Part shown: one piece after another, positions 19,070 to 27,572 of the stretch
How positions within the stretch are numbered: position 1 is the first letter of the stretch
Layout of the letters: each line of letters opens with the position of its first letter
Source: a virus
Virus record (IMG/VR): IMGVR_UViG_3300017989_000071
Span: 32,001-96,000 of that record
DNA length: 64,000 nt
Direction: 5' to 3' (one strand)
Position numbers and translations under genes: made by a program
The notes under the pieces: generated by a model
Seen by the model: the letters and a program-made list of their open reading frames with translations, nothing else
Database searches by the model: none
Told to the model about the DNA's origin: nothing

Positions 19070-19752
19070 TATTTACTCTCCCTTTTCTTCTGGGGAAGAC
19101 GTTTGCGTTTATTGACCGCCTTCTTCCGCTTCGCCGCCTTCTGTTTCTTCTTCTTCTTCTTCTTCGGTGGCGTGGAAGACTGAGGGGAAACAGGTTTCGG
19201 GGCGGGTGTAACATCAACGACATCCGCCATCTCGAACAGTCTGCGAACCCGCTCTCGCCCCTGCGCCCCGAGCTCTTGCATTTTGACCAACTGATCCTGC
19301 ATGGTCCGCCCGCTAATACCCGCAGCCAACTCTCGTGGGTCGCCAAGAGCATCAGGGTTCCGCGACGCACCGTCGAGCATCTTCTGAAGATTGGCGACGC
19401 TGTTCTGGATATTCCCGTTGTACTCCTTGGCTAACATAATCAGCTCTTCGGTCGTGCTGTTCCTGATCCGTTCCTCGTCGAACAGCTCCGCCTCCACACT
19501 CATCAGCGCACGGAAGACACGAACGATTCGCTCCTGACTCACCGATCCGTAGGCCATCAGGAATGTTCGCGCCTTCTCCTCGAAGTGCGACACCGATTCG
19601 CGGATCACGGTCAATGCCAAACCCGGATCGGGGTTTTCCGCGTGCAACACCTCGACAAGCGGGGCCAGCAGGCGGTCTACCTGCTCCGTCCGCTCGTGAT
19701 AAGTCGGCGGCTTCGGTTCTTCAGGCCGACCGCGCATCGAACTCCAACCCAT
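19069..19752 (-). CDS. putative terminase small subunit
   Basis: Helical protein coupled to terL; Lys-rich tail; call is positional only. Confidence 0.42.
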   Translation of the reverse strand: MGWSSMRGRPEEPKPPTYHERTEQVDRLLAPLVEVLHAENPDPGLALTVIRESVSHFEEKARTFLMAYGSVSQERIVRVFRALMSVEAELFDEERIRNSTTEELIMLAKEYNGNIQNSVANLQKMLDGASRNPDALGDPRELAAGISGRTMQDQLVKMQELGAQGRERVRRLFEMADVVDVTPAPKPVSPQSSTPPKKKKKKKQKAAKRKKAVNKRKRLPQKKRESK

Positions 19753-20803
19753 CTAAGTCGAACTCCAACCCGTCTAAGTCGATAACTCCACCCAACACCG
19801 CCGCCACATCCCGGTAGATCATCCCTAACCGCTGAGGGGTCAAGCCGTATTGCTCGGACAGAGCCTTTCGCACTTCAGGATTGTCCTCCTTAGTTAATGC
19901 AGCGAATATAAGAATATCGCGGTAAGCCTGTTGCAACTCCTCGAAGCGAGGGATCGGGAACACCGCCCCCTCGCGGCTGGTCAAGGACATCCCCCCGAAA
20001 CGGAAGAGAAAATCCGCGAACCGCTCAGTCCCGATACACTCATGGAGAAGGGGAAGAACACCGATCTTGTCGTTCAGTAGCATCAGCAGGTTCGCCCCGT
20101 CGATCCGTACTCCATCTTTCGTCACCATAGAAATCGGTCTCCCGCCCACCCCCTCAGATCGTAGATTTTCGCGCTCAGCAATACGCCACAAAATCCGGCA
20201 GTACGCCGCGATGCGGGCAGCCCCCCGAGGCGATAGTCCGTAAATCGTCTGCAACCCGTGTAGGGGACTCCACTCCCCGCCGACAATCGAGTCGAGAACA
20301 TAGAGGCACGCCTCACGTCCTTGACCTTGAAGCGCAACCCGATCCGCCGCCCTCGCCCGGATGTCCCGCGTCCGGTATTGCCGGTCCAGCTCCCGGTCAA
20401 CCTGTTCCTGACCCCCGCGCACCGCACAGTGAATCCCCTCCGAAAGCTCTTCGTGGACCTCGATCCTTGTAATTTTTGATCTCTCGCGCTCCATCGCCCC
20501 GACGATAAACTGCTCAATATAGGAAACAAACGCTGAGGGGTTAGTGGCCCTCGCCTTGGAACTACCCCTCCGCACCAGCAAAACAAACTCCGTGATCCCT
20601 GCCGAGAACAAGTCCTCCCGGTCCGCCGGGTCGTAGTACCTGTAGTCGTGGTTGACAAGATACCGAACAAAGGGCATAACCTCCATCACTAGACGGGAAA
20701 GGGCCACCGGCTTCCCGCGATTTCCTACAGCGCGATAGTCCTTGAACGCTGAAAAAATCTTGTCCCGATCAAACCGTTTCCTTACGTTCGTCGTGTCGGA
20801 CAT
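19721..20803 (-). CDS. sigma-region-2-like plus Mor-like transcription regulator
   Basis: REDLFSAGITEFV...FVSYIEQFIVGAM; C-terminal RFGG...RDILIF...LSEQYGLTPQRLGMIY. Confidence 0.5.
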   Translation of the reverse strand: MSDTTNVRKRFDRDKIFSAFKDYRAVGNRGKPVALSRLVMEVMPFVRYLVNHDYRYYDPADREDLFSAGITEFVLLVRRGSSKARATNPSAFVSYIEQFIVGAMERERSKITRIEVHEELSEGIHCAVRGGQEQVDRELDRQYRTRDIRARAADRVALQGQGREACLYVLDSIVGGEWSPLHGLQTIYGLSPRGAARIAAYCRILWRIAERENLRSEGVGGRPISMVTKDGVRIDGANLLMLLNDKIGVLPLLHECIGTERFADFLFRFGGMSLTSREGAVFPIPRFEELQQAYRDILIFAALTKEDNPEVRKALSEQYGLTPQRLGMIYRDVAAVLGGVIDLDGLEFDLDGLEFDARSA

Positions 20804-21306
20804 GCTGCCTCACATTCTTCCATGAATGAGTCCAGCGGGATACGATCTCCGGTCGTGTCAAGAATGCCTGCTTCCATGCTGGCCTCTTCGATCACGACAT
20901 GAATCAGAAACCCGTCTCCCGACCCGCGTGGTCGTACTCTCTTGTAGGGATGAAACTCCAGAACCTCGGAGTCGTCAGATTGAATATATCCGAGGATCGA
21001 GTCCTCGGTCAACTTAATGAAATTCGACAAGTCCTCCTTCCGGAGCCTGCCGTTTTTGTAGAACATCGCGTGTTGGGGAAGCCAGAAGATGTAGGTCACA
21101 CAGTAGAAGGGGAAATGGGGGCGGTCGAGCTTGCGGAGCGAATCTTCGACCCACATCGCCTGCTCGACCGCCTTCGAGAAACCAGATGCCGCTTTCGACT
21201 TCCGCCGACCAACAACCTTCCCTTCCCGATCTCGTTTATCCGGGTAAGCGTTGTTGAGCGAAATCGGTCTCAACTCAAAACGATATGTCCGTCTCGTGGA
21301 ATCCAT
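20782..21306 (-). CDS. rusA: RusA-like Holliday junction resolvase
   Basis: PISLNNAY, DLSNFIKLTEDSI, DDSEV. Confidence 0.72.
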   Translation of the reverse strand: MDSTRRTYRFELRPISLNNAYPDKRDREGKVVGRRKSKAASGFSKAVEQAMWVEDSLRKLDRPHFPFYCVTYIFWLPQHAMFYKNGRLRKEDLSNFIKLTEDSILGYIQSDDSEVLEFHPYKRVRPRGSGDGFLIHVVIEEASMEAGILDTTGDRIPLDSFMEECEAACPTRRT

Positions 21307-21332
21307 TCCATTCTCCGGGTCTCCAGTCCCTA

Positions 21333-21362
21333 ATCATAATACCAAACACATACGCCAGTCAA
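21333..21362 (-). promoter_or_regulatory. sigma70-type promoter
   Basis: TTGACT-18 nt-TATGAT. Confidence 0.55.
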
Positions 21363-24300
21363 GCCGCAAGGGCGGAAACGCCGTTCGACTTCACCACCGA
21401 AACACGATCAGGCACAAGACCACGCAGGAACGAGTGCTGCGTTACCAAAAAAACCGACAACCCTTCGTCGGCCTTCATCCGCAACACATCGGCCAATGCT
21501 TCCATCCCGGTCCGGTCGAGCTTGTCGTCGATCTCGTCGCAGACCAGAATGTTCGTTGTCAACCCGGTCGATACCCGCGCCAGCGCATTGAGAGCCAACT
21601 GGACAACCAGATCGGCCCGGCGTCGCTCCCCGGACGAACAGGCCAGATACGACTTCCCCGAAGTCAGCTCGACGGTGATCTTGTCGGTCGTCGTCTTGTC
21701 CTTCAGCTCGGTCTGCGAGTGGATCACCACCGCATCCTTCCCGATCAGCACATCCGAGTATTCGGCCAGCCGGACATTCAGGAACTCCACCGCTCCGGAA
21801 AGGAGACGCGCCCGGATACCCGTCGGAGAGAACAAACCGGCCACGATCTGCGACCGCTTCTCCTCCACCTCGGCGACCCGCTTCCGGTCCCCGGCCTTGC
21901 AACGCCGCTTATGGGCCTCTCGAACCTCCTCCTTCAGATGCTCCATCCGACTCTCAGCCGACCGGATGGACTCCCGAATCGACTGCTCCTCCTCGCCAAT
22001 CTCCGCAATCCGAGACGCACAGTCCTTCACCAGCCGCCCCAACTGATCCAAGGCAGCCTCGGCCCCGGAAACCTCCTCCATCGCCTCAGCGAGCCGATCT
22101 GACCCCTCCTCGGCGGTGTTTTCGGCATCCCTGACGGACTTATCGGCTTGCGAGATCAGTTTTTGAGCCGCTTTGACCTTCTCATCGAGGTTTTCGCGGG
22201 GTTCCACCACCTCGACCTTGATCCGGTCCTTGATGGTCTGGATCGCCTGCTCCTCCTCCTTCCACGCCGCGTTGTTCCTCGCGATCTCCTGCTCGGTGGA
22301 CTCCACGTCCCGCTTGATCCGCTCAACTTCGGCGTCGAGCTGCTCCGTGGTCTGCGGCTTCTCCGCATCCTCGGTCAACCCGGCTTCCCGATGCAGATCG
22401 TGGGCCTCGTTGAGGGGCTGAAAGCACGTCGGGCACTTCCCACCCTCGATCATCTTCCGGGCCTTCTCCTGCCGCTCGGCCAGAGCCTTGTTCGCTGTCT
22501 CGATCCGAACAACCTCCTCGCGCAGCCCATGAATCCTCAGTCGCAGATCGCCAGCCCGCTCTTGTAGATCGTTCTCTGTAACATCCAACTCCCGCTGCAC
22601 CTGCTTATGCGTCTCGATCTCCGCTTTGAGCTCTTCCTCCCGCTTGGACAGCGGACCGTATTCGAGCCTGTACTCCTCTTCCCTCTTTCGGAGATCGCTC
22701 GCCAGACCCCGCAGCCGCTCGACCTCCTTGCGATGGACCTCGGCGTGTTCCTCGCGGAGACGATTCACCTCCCCGCGTTTGGCTTCAAGCTCCTTACGGG
22801 CTTCCTCCACCCGGCCCTCGAACTCGGACCGATTGTGTTCGATGGTCTTCTTCCGTTCGGCAAGAGCTTCGACCTCCCGCCGCTTGGAATCCAAATCGCC
22901 GATCTCCTCTTCGGCGGCCTTCCACTTCTTCGTTACGCGATCCACCTCCTCATCGCGCACCTCGACCTCGGCGGAAGCAGACCCCATCTCGACCGCCGTC
23001 TTCCGCTTTCGGTCCCGCGCCAGATCGGACATTCGGTCCAGCGCGTCTAGCCCGAGGATGCTCTCGATCAGCTTCTTCCGGTCTCCATCATTCAGGTCGA
23101 TGAACCGATGCGACAGACCTTGGGTCATAATCGAAAGATGCTGTAGGGCATCGTGTGTAACCCCGAGAATCCGCAGCAGCTCGATCTGCGCATCGGCAGC
23201 CAACCGGGGAGTGATCGAATCGTCGCCGTTCTTCTCGATAGTCAAGCCGGTCTTGTAAGTCTTGTGCTTCCGGCTCCGGCGCACTAGGTAGTGATCGTCG
23301 TCGATATGAAACTCGACTTCGACCATGCAGCCCGACGCCCTCTTCGACCTCCCGTTCCGCCACCCGACATCTGCCTTAGACAACCCACGCAGCGTCCGGT
23401 CATAGAGGCACCAGAACAACGCCTCGATCAATGTGCTTTTCCCCGACCCGTTCGACATCGCACCGGGATCGTCTTGGTTCACGCCCTCGATCAGGACCAA
23501 CCCTCGGTCCCGCAAATGGAAGTAGGCTCCATCCTTGAACGACATGAAGCCCTCCATCCGCACCGAGTCGAAGCGGATATTCGAGTGCTGAACATCGCCG
23601 GTCGTGTCCTCACCGGCCTTGATAATCCCCTTGACGATCTCGACCGTTTCCTCGTCACGCCACTTCGCGTCCGTGAGGTACTGAATCGCTTCTTCCTCGA
23701 TGTTCACATCGAATCCGTACTGATCCCCCTCCTCGTCCCCCTTCTTCCGTTTGTCCTGCGAGACGCCGGGGGCGAGAATCGCCCGCTTGAACTTGGCAAG
23801 CGTTCCCTCCAGCGTTTCGATGGGATAGTTGTTATAATAATAAACCTTCACGAAGGTCCGCTTCTTGTCCTCAATCATGTCGAGGGCGTAACGCTCCTCC
23901 TCGGTCCGCACATGGACCGTCTCGTACTTCGAGTGGTGGGGACCGGGAATCCGGCGCACCTTTACCGGACCGCGCTCCTCCCACTCCACGATGTCGATCC
24001 CGCGCTCGATACCGGCGTTCTCCGAATCGGTGAAGGTGCGCGTGGTGATCGAACCGACTACCCGCGCATAGCACTCCGGCGTCGCCACCACCTGACAAGG
24101 CCGGTGGTAGTGACCGGCGAAGATGTGCTTACCGTCGGGAAACGAGTGTGGGTCGATGCCGTTGACCTCGGGAATCCCCAGATGCCGCAGCGCACCGTTG
24201 AGCGGGAGGTGCATCATCACGAGATCGTACTCGTCCGCTCGGGCGTTCGCCGCCATCACCGCCCCCTCGATGTCGTTCGTGTGGGGCATGTAGAGAATCC

Positions 24301-24679
24301 GATCCCGTATCGTCTGCGTCGGAATCACCCGATCCCGCATAAACGACAGGGTATGAATCCCCGCGTTCTCGTTGTAGACCTCGTGATTGCCGAGCAGCAG
24401 ACTGAAGTCACCGGCAGCTCCGCCCGCAACCAGCGCAACGTGCTCGCGGAAGATCATCTCCGCGACGTGCTGCGATTGCGGGTCCACGTGATCGTGGGTG
24501 TGGTAGTAGTCCCCCAACCCGATAACTAGATCGGGCTGCTCCTCGCGAATCACCTCGTGGACCCAACGGAAGATTGCCATGATCTCGTGAAGATGCGTCG
24601 TCAGCCCATCCGTTGTCGGAGACGAAAAAGCGTTATGGGGATAAATGTGGGGGTCAGCCCACAGTAATAGTTTCTTCAT
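21359..24679 (-). CDS. fused SbcD-SbcC (Mre11-Rad50; gp47-gp46-like) nuclease/ATPase
   Basis: ADPH, GLGDYYH, GNHE, AGHYH; Walker A NGSGKS; Zn hook CPTC; signature CSSGE; Walker B VCDEID. Confidence 0.92.
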   Translation of the reverse strand: MKKLLLWADPHIYPHNAFSSPTTDGLTTHLHEIMAIFRWVHEVIREEQPDLVIGLGDYYHTHDHVDPQSQHVAEMIFREHVALVAGGAAGDFSLLLGNHEVYNENAGIHTLSFMRDRVIPTQTIRDRILYMPHTNDIEGAVMAANARADEYDLVMMHLPLNGALRHLGIPEVNGIDPHSFPDGKHIFAGHYHRPCQVVATPECYARVVGSITTRTFTDSENAGIERGIDIVEWEERGPVKVRRIPGPHHSKYETVHVRTEEERYALDMIEDKKRTFVKVYYYNNYPIETLEGTLAKFKRAILAPGVSQDKRKKGDEEGDQYGFDVNIEEEAIQYLTDAKWRDEETVEIVKGIIKAGEDTTGDVQHSNIRFDSVRMEGFMSFKDGAYFHLRDRGLVLIEGVNQDDPGAMSNGSGKSTLIEALFWCLYDRTLRGLSKADVGWRNGRSKRASGCMVEVEFHIDDDHYLVRRSRKHKTYKTGLTIEKNGDDSITPRLAADAQIELLRILGVTHDALQHLSIMTQGLSHRFIDLNDGDRKKLIESILGLDALDRMSDLARDRKRKTAVEMGSASAEVEVRDEEVDRVTKKWKAAEEEIGDLDSKRREVEALAERKKTIEHNRSEFEGRVEEARKELEAKRGEVNRLREEHAEVHRKEVERLRGLASDLRKREEEYRLEYGPLSKREEELKAEIETHKQVQRELDVTENDLQERAGDLRLRIHGLREEVVRIETANKALAERQEKARKMIEGGKCPTCFQPLNEAHDLHREAGLTEDAEKPQTTEQLDAEVERIKRDVESTEQEIARNNAAWKEEEQAIQTIKDRIKVEVVEPRENLDEKVKAAQKLISQADKSVRDAENTAEEGSDRLAEAMEEVSGAEAALDQLGRLVKDCASRIAEIGEEEQSIRESIRSAESRMEHLKEEVREAHKRRCKAGDRKRVAEVEEKRSQIVAGLFSPTGIRARLLSGAVEFLNVRLAEYSDVLIGKDAVVIHSQTELKDKTTTDKITVELTSGKSYLACSSGERRRADLVVQLALNALARVSTGLTTNILVCDEIDDKLDRTGMEALADVLRMKADEGLSVFLVTQHSFLRGLVPDRVSVVKSNGVSALAA

Positions 24680-24947
24680 CGTGTGTGTCTCCTTCTACCC
24701 GAACAATCGGAACGGACGGGGGAGCATCAATCGAATACTTAACCCGCGCACCGCTTATCCGGTAGAACGTAATCCGTACAGGACCGAGCTCGATGACCGA
24801 TCCTTGAAAAAGCGTCAGGCGCATCCCGGCATAATCGACAACGACCCTCCGGTTCTCCGCGCTCAAAAACTTCAGGTAGTGCCTCCCGACCCGAACAGCG
24901 CATCCGGTCCTCCCCGTCAACCCAAGCCTACCCCGTCCGTCGTTCAT
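24654..24947 (-). CDS. CsrA-like protein (apparently tandem)
   Basis: GSVIELGPVRITFYRISGARVKYSIDAPPSVPIVRVE resembles the CsrA fold; start at ATGA overlap. Confidence 0.5.
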   Translation of the reverse strand: MNDGRGRLGLTGRTGCAVRVGRHYLKFLSAENRRVVVDYAGMRLTLFQGSVIELGPVRITFYRISGARVKYSIDAPPSVPIVRVEGDTHDEETITVG

Positions 24948-25861
24948 CGCCAATTCCCTCGCAAAATCCTGAACGGACCGATCCATGAAGCGAACGAATC
25001 GGAAATCTCATCCAACTCGAATCTCCGCAGAATCGGTAGCAGAGAGAGATCGACCCCGACCGACTTTCCCGCCTGAACTCGCGCCTGATACACCTCGTCG
25101 GGAGTAAACCGTTCGAGGGCGATGTCGATCAGCTTCACGTTGCGGCGGAAGATGTCTCCCTGCTCAGCAATCAGCCGAATCCGCCGGTCCTCAGACTTCG
25201 CGCAACGAGTCAGAAACCCCTCGGGGTGGTCCGCCCGAATCTCGTTGACCGCTCGGGCAGCCGTCTTCGCACCGGCACCCTTCACACCGTCAATCATATC
25301 GGACGGGTCTCCGAGAATCGCCTTGTACCAAATCAGATACTTCGGCCCCGGAACTCCGGTCCGCGTCGAGAAATCCTTCTCGGTTACCAACTCCGGCTTC
25401 ATCGGACGCCATACCGATGTCCGATCATCGACTAACTGAAGCAAGTCCTTGTCGTCGCTGACCACGATCACCTTGCCCCGCACGATGTCGCGCAGCAGGC
25501 GGATCACATCATCCCCTTCGCGGCCATCGAGGTACACCGGGCGGATTCCGAGTCGCCGGAGAATCGAGCAGCGCAGCACGGACCGCTGGAAGCTGGCCGC
25601 CTCGTACTCGGCCTGCTCCTCCTCGGTTAGCGGCGGCTTATTCTTGTAGCCGGGAAACAAGGCCAAACGGCGAGCCGAATGCCCCCGGTCGAACACCACA
25701 TAAACCTCCCGAATAGCCGGAAAACTCATCAGGAACCCATGCAGCGACCGCAGCGATCCGAGTAGCACACCCGTCTTGTAACCGTTAGAAGACAATTCCG
25801 CCAACGCCTTTACGTGCATCATTCTATACGTTAAGTAATGTCCGTCGAAGATCGCAATCAT
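24944..25861 (-). CDS. 5'-3' exonuclease (PolA 5'-nuclease/T4 RNase H family)
   Basis: IFDGHY, VFDRG, EGDDVI, VSDDKDLLQL, ILGDPSDMIDGVKGAGAKTA. Confidence 0.9.
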   Translation of the reverse strand: MIAIFDGHYLTYRMMHVKALAELSSNGYKTGVLLGSLRSLHGFLMSFPAIREVYVVFDRGHSARRLALFPGYKNKPPLTEEEQAEYEAASFQRSVLRCSILRRLGIRPVYLDGREGDDVIRLLRDIVRGKVIVVSDDKDLLQLVDDRTSVWRPMKPELVTEKDFSTRTGVPGPKYLIWYKAILGDPSDMIDGVKGAGAKTAARAVNEIRADHPEGFLTRCAKSEDRRIRLIAEQGDIFRRNVKLIDIALERFTPDEVYQARVQAGKSVGVDLSLLPILRRFELDEISDSFASWIGPFRILRGNWR

Positions 25862-25909
25862 CGTTTCATCCGTTGATCCGGGGAGGGATATACCCTCCCC
25901 GGAAGCTGC

Positions 25910-27049
25910 CTATTCGCCGGTCGCCGCCATGCACCCTTCCTGATGATCGCAGGTCAGGCATTTGTCGATGACCTCGGAATACCCCCTGACCTTGGTTCCA
26001 CTGTGAGGCACCGCACCTCCGTAGCAGGCGAACTCCACCGGATCGACGCCCGGCGGGTAGGTCAAGCCCTTCCCTTTGGGTTTCTTCGGGGCCGCCTGCT
26101 TCTTGGGAACCTTTTTGGTTTTGGACTTCTTCGCGGCGGGTTTCTCCTCTTCGTCCTCTTCTTCGGTGTCTTCGGTTTCCTCCTCGTCGTCCTCCCCCTT
26201 ACCACCGAAATCCGGAATGTCGTCCGGCTCTTCTTCCTCCTCGTCGTCACCCTCACCGACCTCGTTGATGCCGACACGGGAACCCGGAGCACCCTTGGCC
26301 GCCTCGCCCTGAAAATGCTTATACAAGGCTTCGGCACCCTTCTTGATGTCCTCCATTTCCTCCTCGGTCGGGAAGTAGATCGCCGACGCCAGATCGCGGG
26401 CACCCCTAACGATCTTTTCGAGGATCGCTTCGTCCTCGTGGATCGGCTCGCGGAAGATCGCGTTCTCTCCCCGCTTCTTCGGGTCCGGAACCAGCATCAC
26501 CGAATACTCGACGCGGTTGCTCCCCTTCGACTTCTCGACCTGAAAGACGGCGGCGTTGTTCGGGTCGATGATGGTCCAGTCCTCTTGGAGCATCATCCAA
26601 ATTTTGTTGGTAACGCTGAAAGGCAGCTCGCGGATGTCGATCAGCTCGATCAGCTTCGTAACGTCCTTACCGGCATCCGCCGCCGGGTTGCGCTCCAGCA
26701 GGTTCGCATACCCTTTGTTCTGCGCCCGCGAACGCTTCAGGCTATCGGCCAGCTCGGGGTAAGACGTGGACAGCTCGGTGATCGCCGAGCAGATCGGACA
26801 CTCGGCTCTCCGATGCGTAAACGAAGCCGGACAGACCAGCGGATACTTGTAACCCGGAATCTGCCAGTGCTGCGCCATCTCGACAATCGGATCGCCTCCC
26901 TCGCCGCCGGGGGGAAGAAGCCAGAACGTCACCTTCCCGTTATCGAACCCCTTGTAGCGGGGTCGGCTGTTGAGGAACCCCCCCTCGCGGGCGGTCTCCG
27001 CTCGCTTGTTTACCCGGTCCATGTTCGGCCTGTTGAATTTCACGCCCAT
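25910..27049 (-). CDS. gp32-like single-stranded DNA-binding protein
   Basis: FWLLPP...QHW...CPICSAI...YANL core, acidic stretch, position in replication module. Confidence 0.68.
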   Translation of the reverse strand: MGVKFNRPNMDRVNKRAETAREGGFLNSRPRYKGFDNGKVTFWLLPPGGEGGDPIVEMAQHWQIPGYKYPLVCPASFTHRRAECPICSAITELSTSYPELADSLKRSRAQNKGYANLLERNPAADAGKDVTKLIELIDIRELPFSVTNKIWMMLQEDWTIIDPNNAAVFQVEKSKGSNRVEYSVMLVPDPKKRGENAIFREPIHEDEAILEKIVRGARDLASAIYFPTEEEMEDIKKGAEALYKHFQGEAAKGAPGSRVGINEVGEGDDEEEEEPDDIPDFGGKGEDDEEETEDTEEEDEEEKPAAKKSKTKKVPKKQAAPKKPKGKGLTYPPGVDPVEFACYGGAVPHSGTKVRGYSEVIDKCLTCDHQEGCMAATGE

Positions 27050-27101
27050 TGTTGCTTCTCCTGTGTATGACTGTTTATGACTTCTACTCGGCTGAGAGTA
27101 G

Positions 27102-27572
27102 CTATACGCTTTGTGACATCCCCTTCATTTCGGCGCGGGCGTTGTTCGACAACTGCTCCGCTGAACGCAATCGGGAACGGATCGCCCACGACAGCTGACT
27201 GATAAACTCGTGCGCCACGTGGAACCGATCCGCCCGCTCATCCAACCCGGCAAACTCGGGATCGTTCCGTGCCGCTGTATCCACCCGCCATTGAGGATTC
27301 TTGTCGTGACGGCTACCGGCATTCGTAAAGACGATCTGATGATAGGCCAAGTCCGCCGCCCGACGAGCTTTGCGCGACATCCACAGATACTTCCCGAGGA
27401 GGTATCCCATCATCGCTTCCATCTCTCCCTGCTTTCGGAACGCCTCATCGAGGTTGTCTCCGATATAGATGTCGTCGATAAGCTGTAAGACAATTTCCCG
27501 GTCCTCTTCGAGCAGGGCGGGAATCGCCTCTTCCTCCATTAGTTTAGATTTCAACAAATCCCCGTAATTCAT
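27102..27572 (-). CDS. UvsY-like recombination mediator
   Basis: Helical, VDTAARNDPEF...AIRSRLRSAEQLS pattern; lies between polymerase and SSB. Confidence 0.48.
   Translation of the reverse strand: MNYGDLLKSKLMEEEAIPALLEEDREIVLQLIDDIYIGDNLDEAFRKQGEMEAMMGYLLGKYLWMSRKARRAADLAYHQIVFTNAGSRHDKNPQWRVDTAARNDPEFAGLDERADRFHVAHEFISQLSWAIRSRLRSAEQLSNNARAEMKGMSQSV

Noticed and set aside
19140-19170. (TTC)n simple repeat
   Set aside because: It just encodes the poly-Lys tail of the putative TerS
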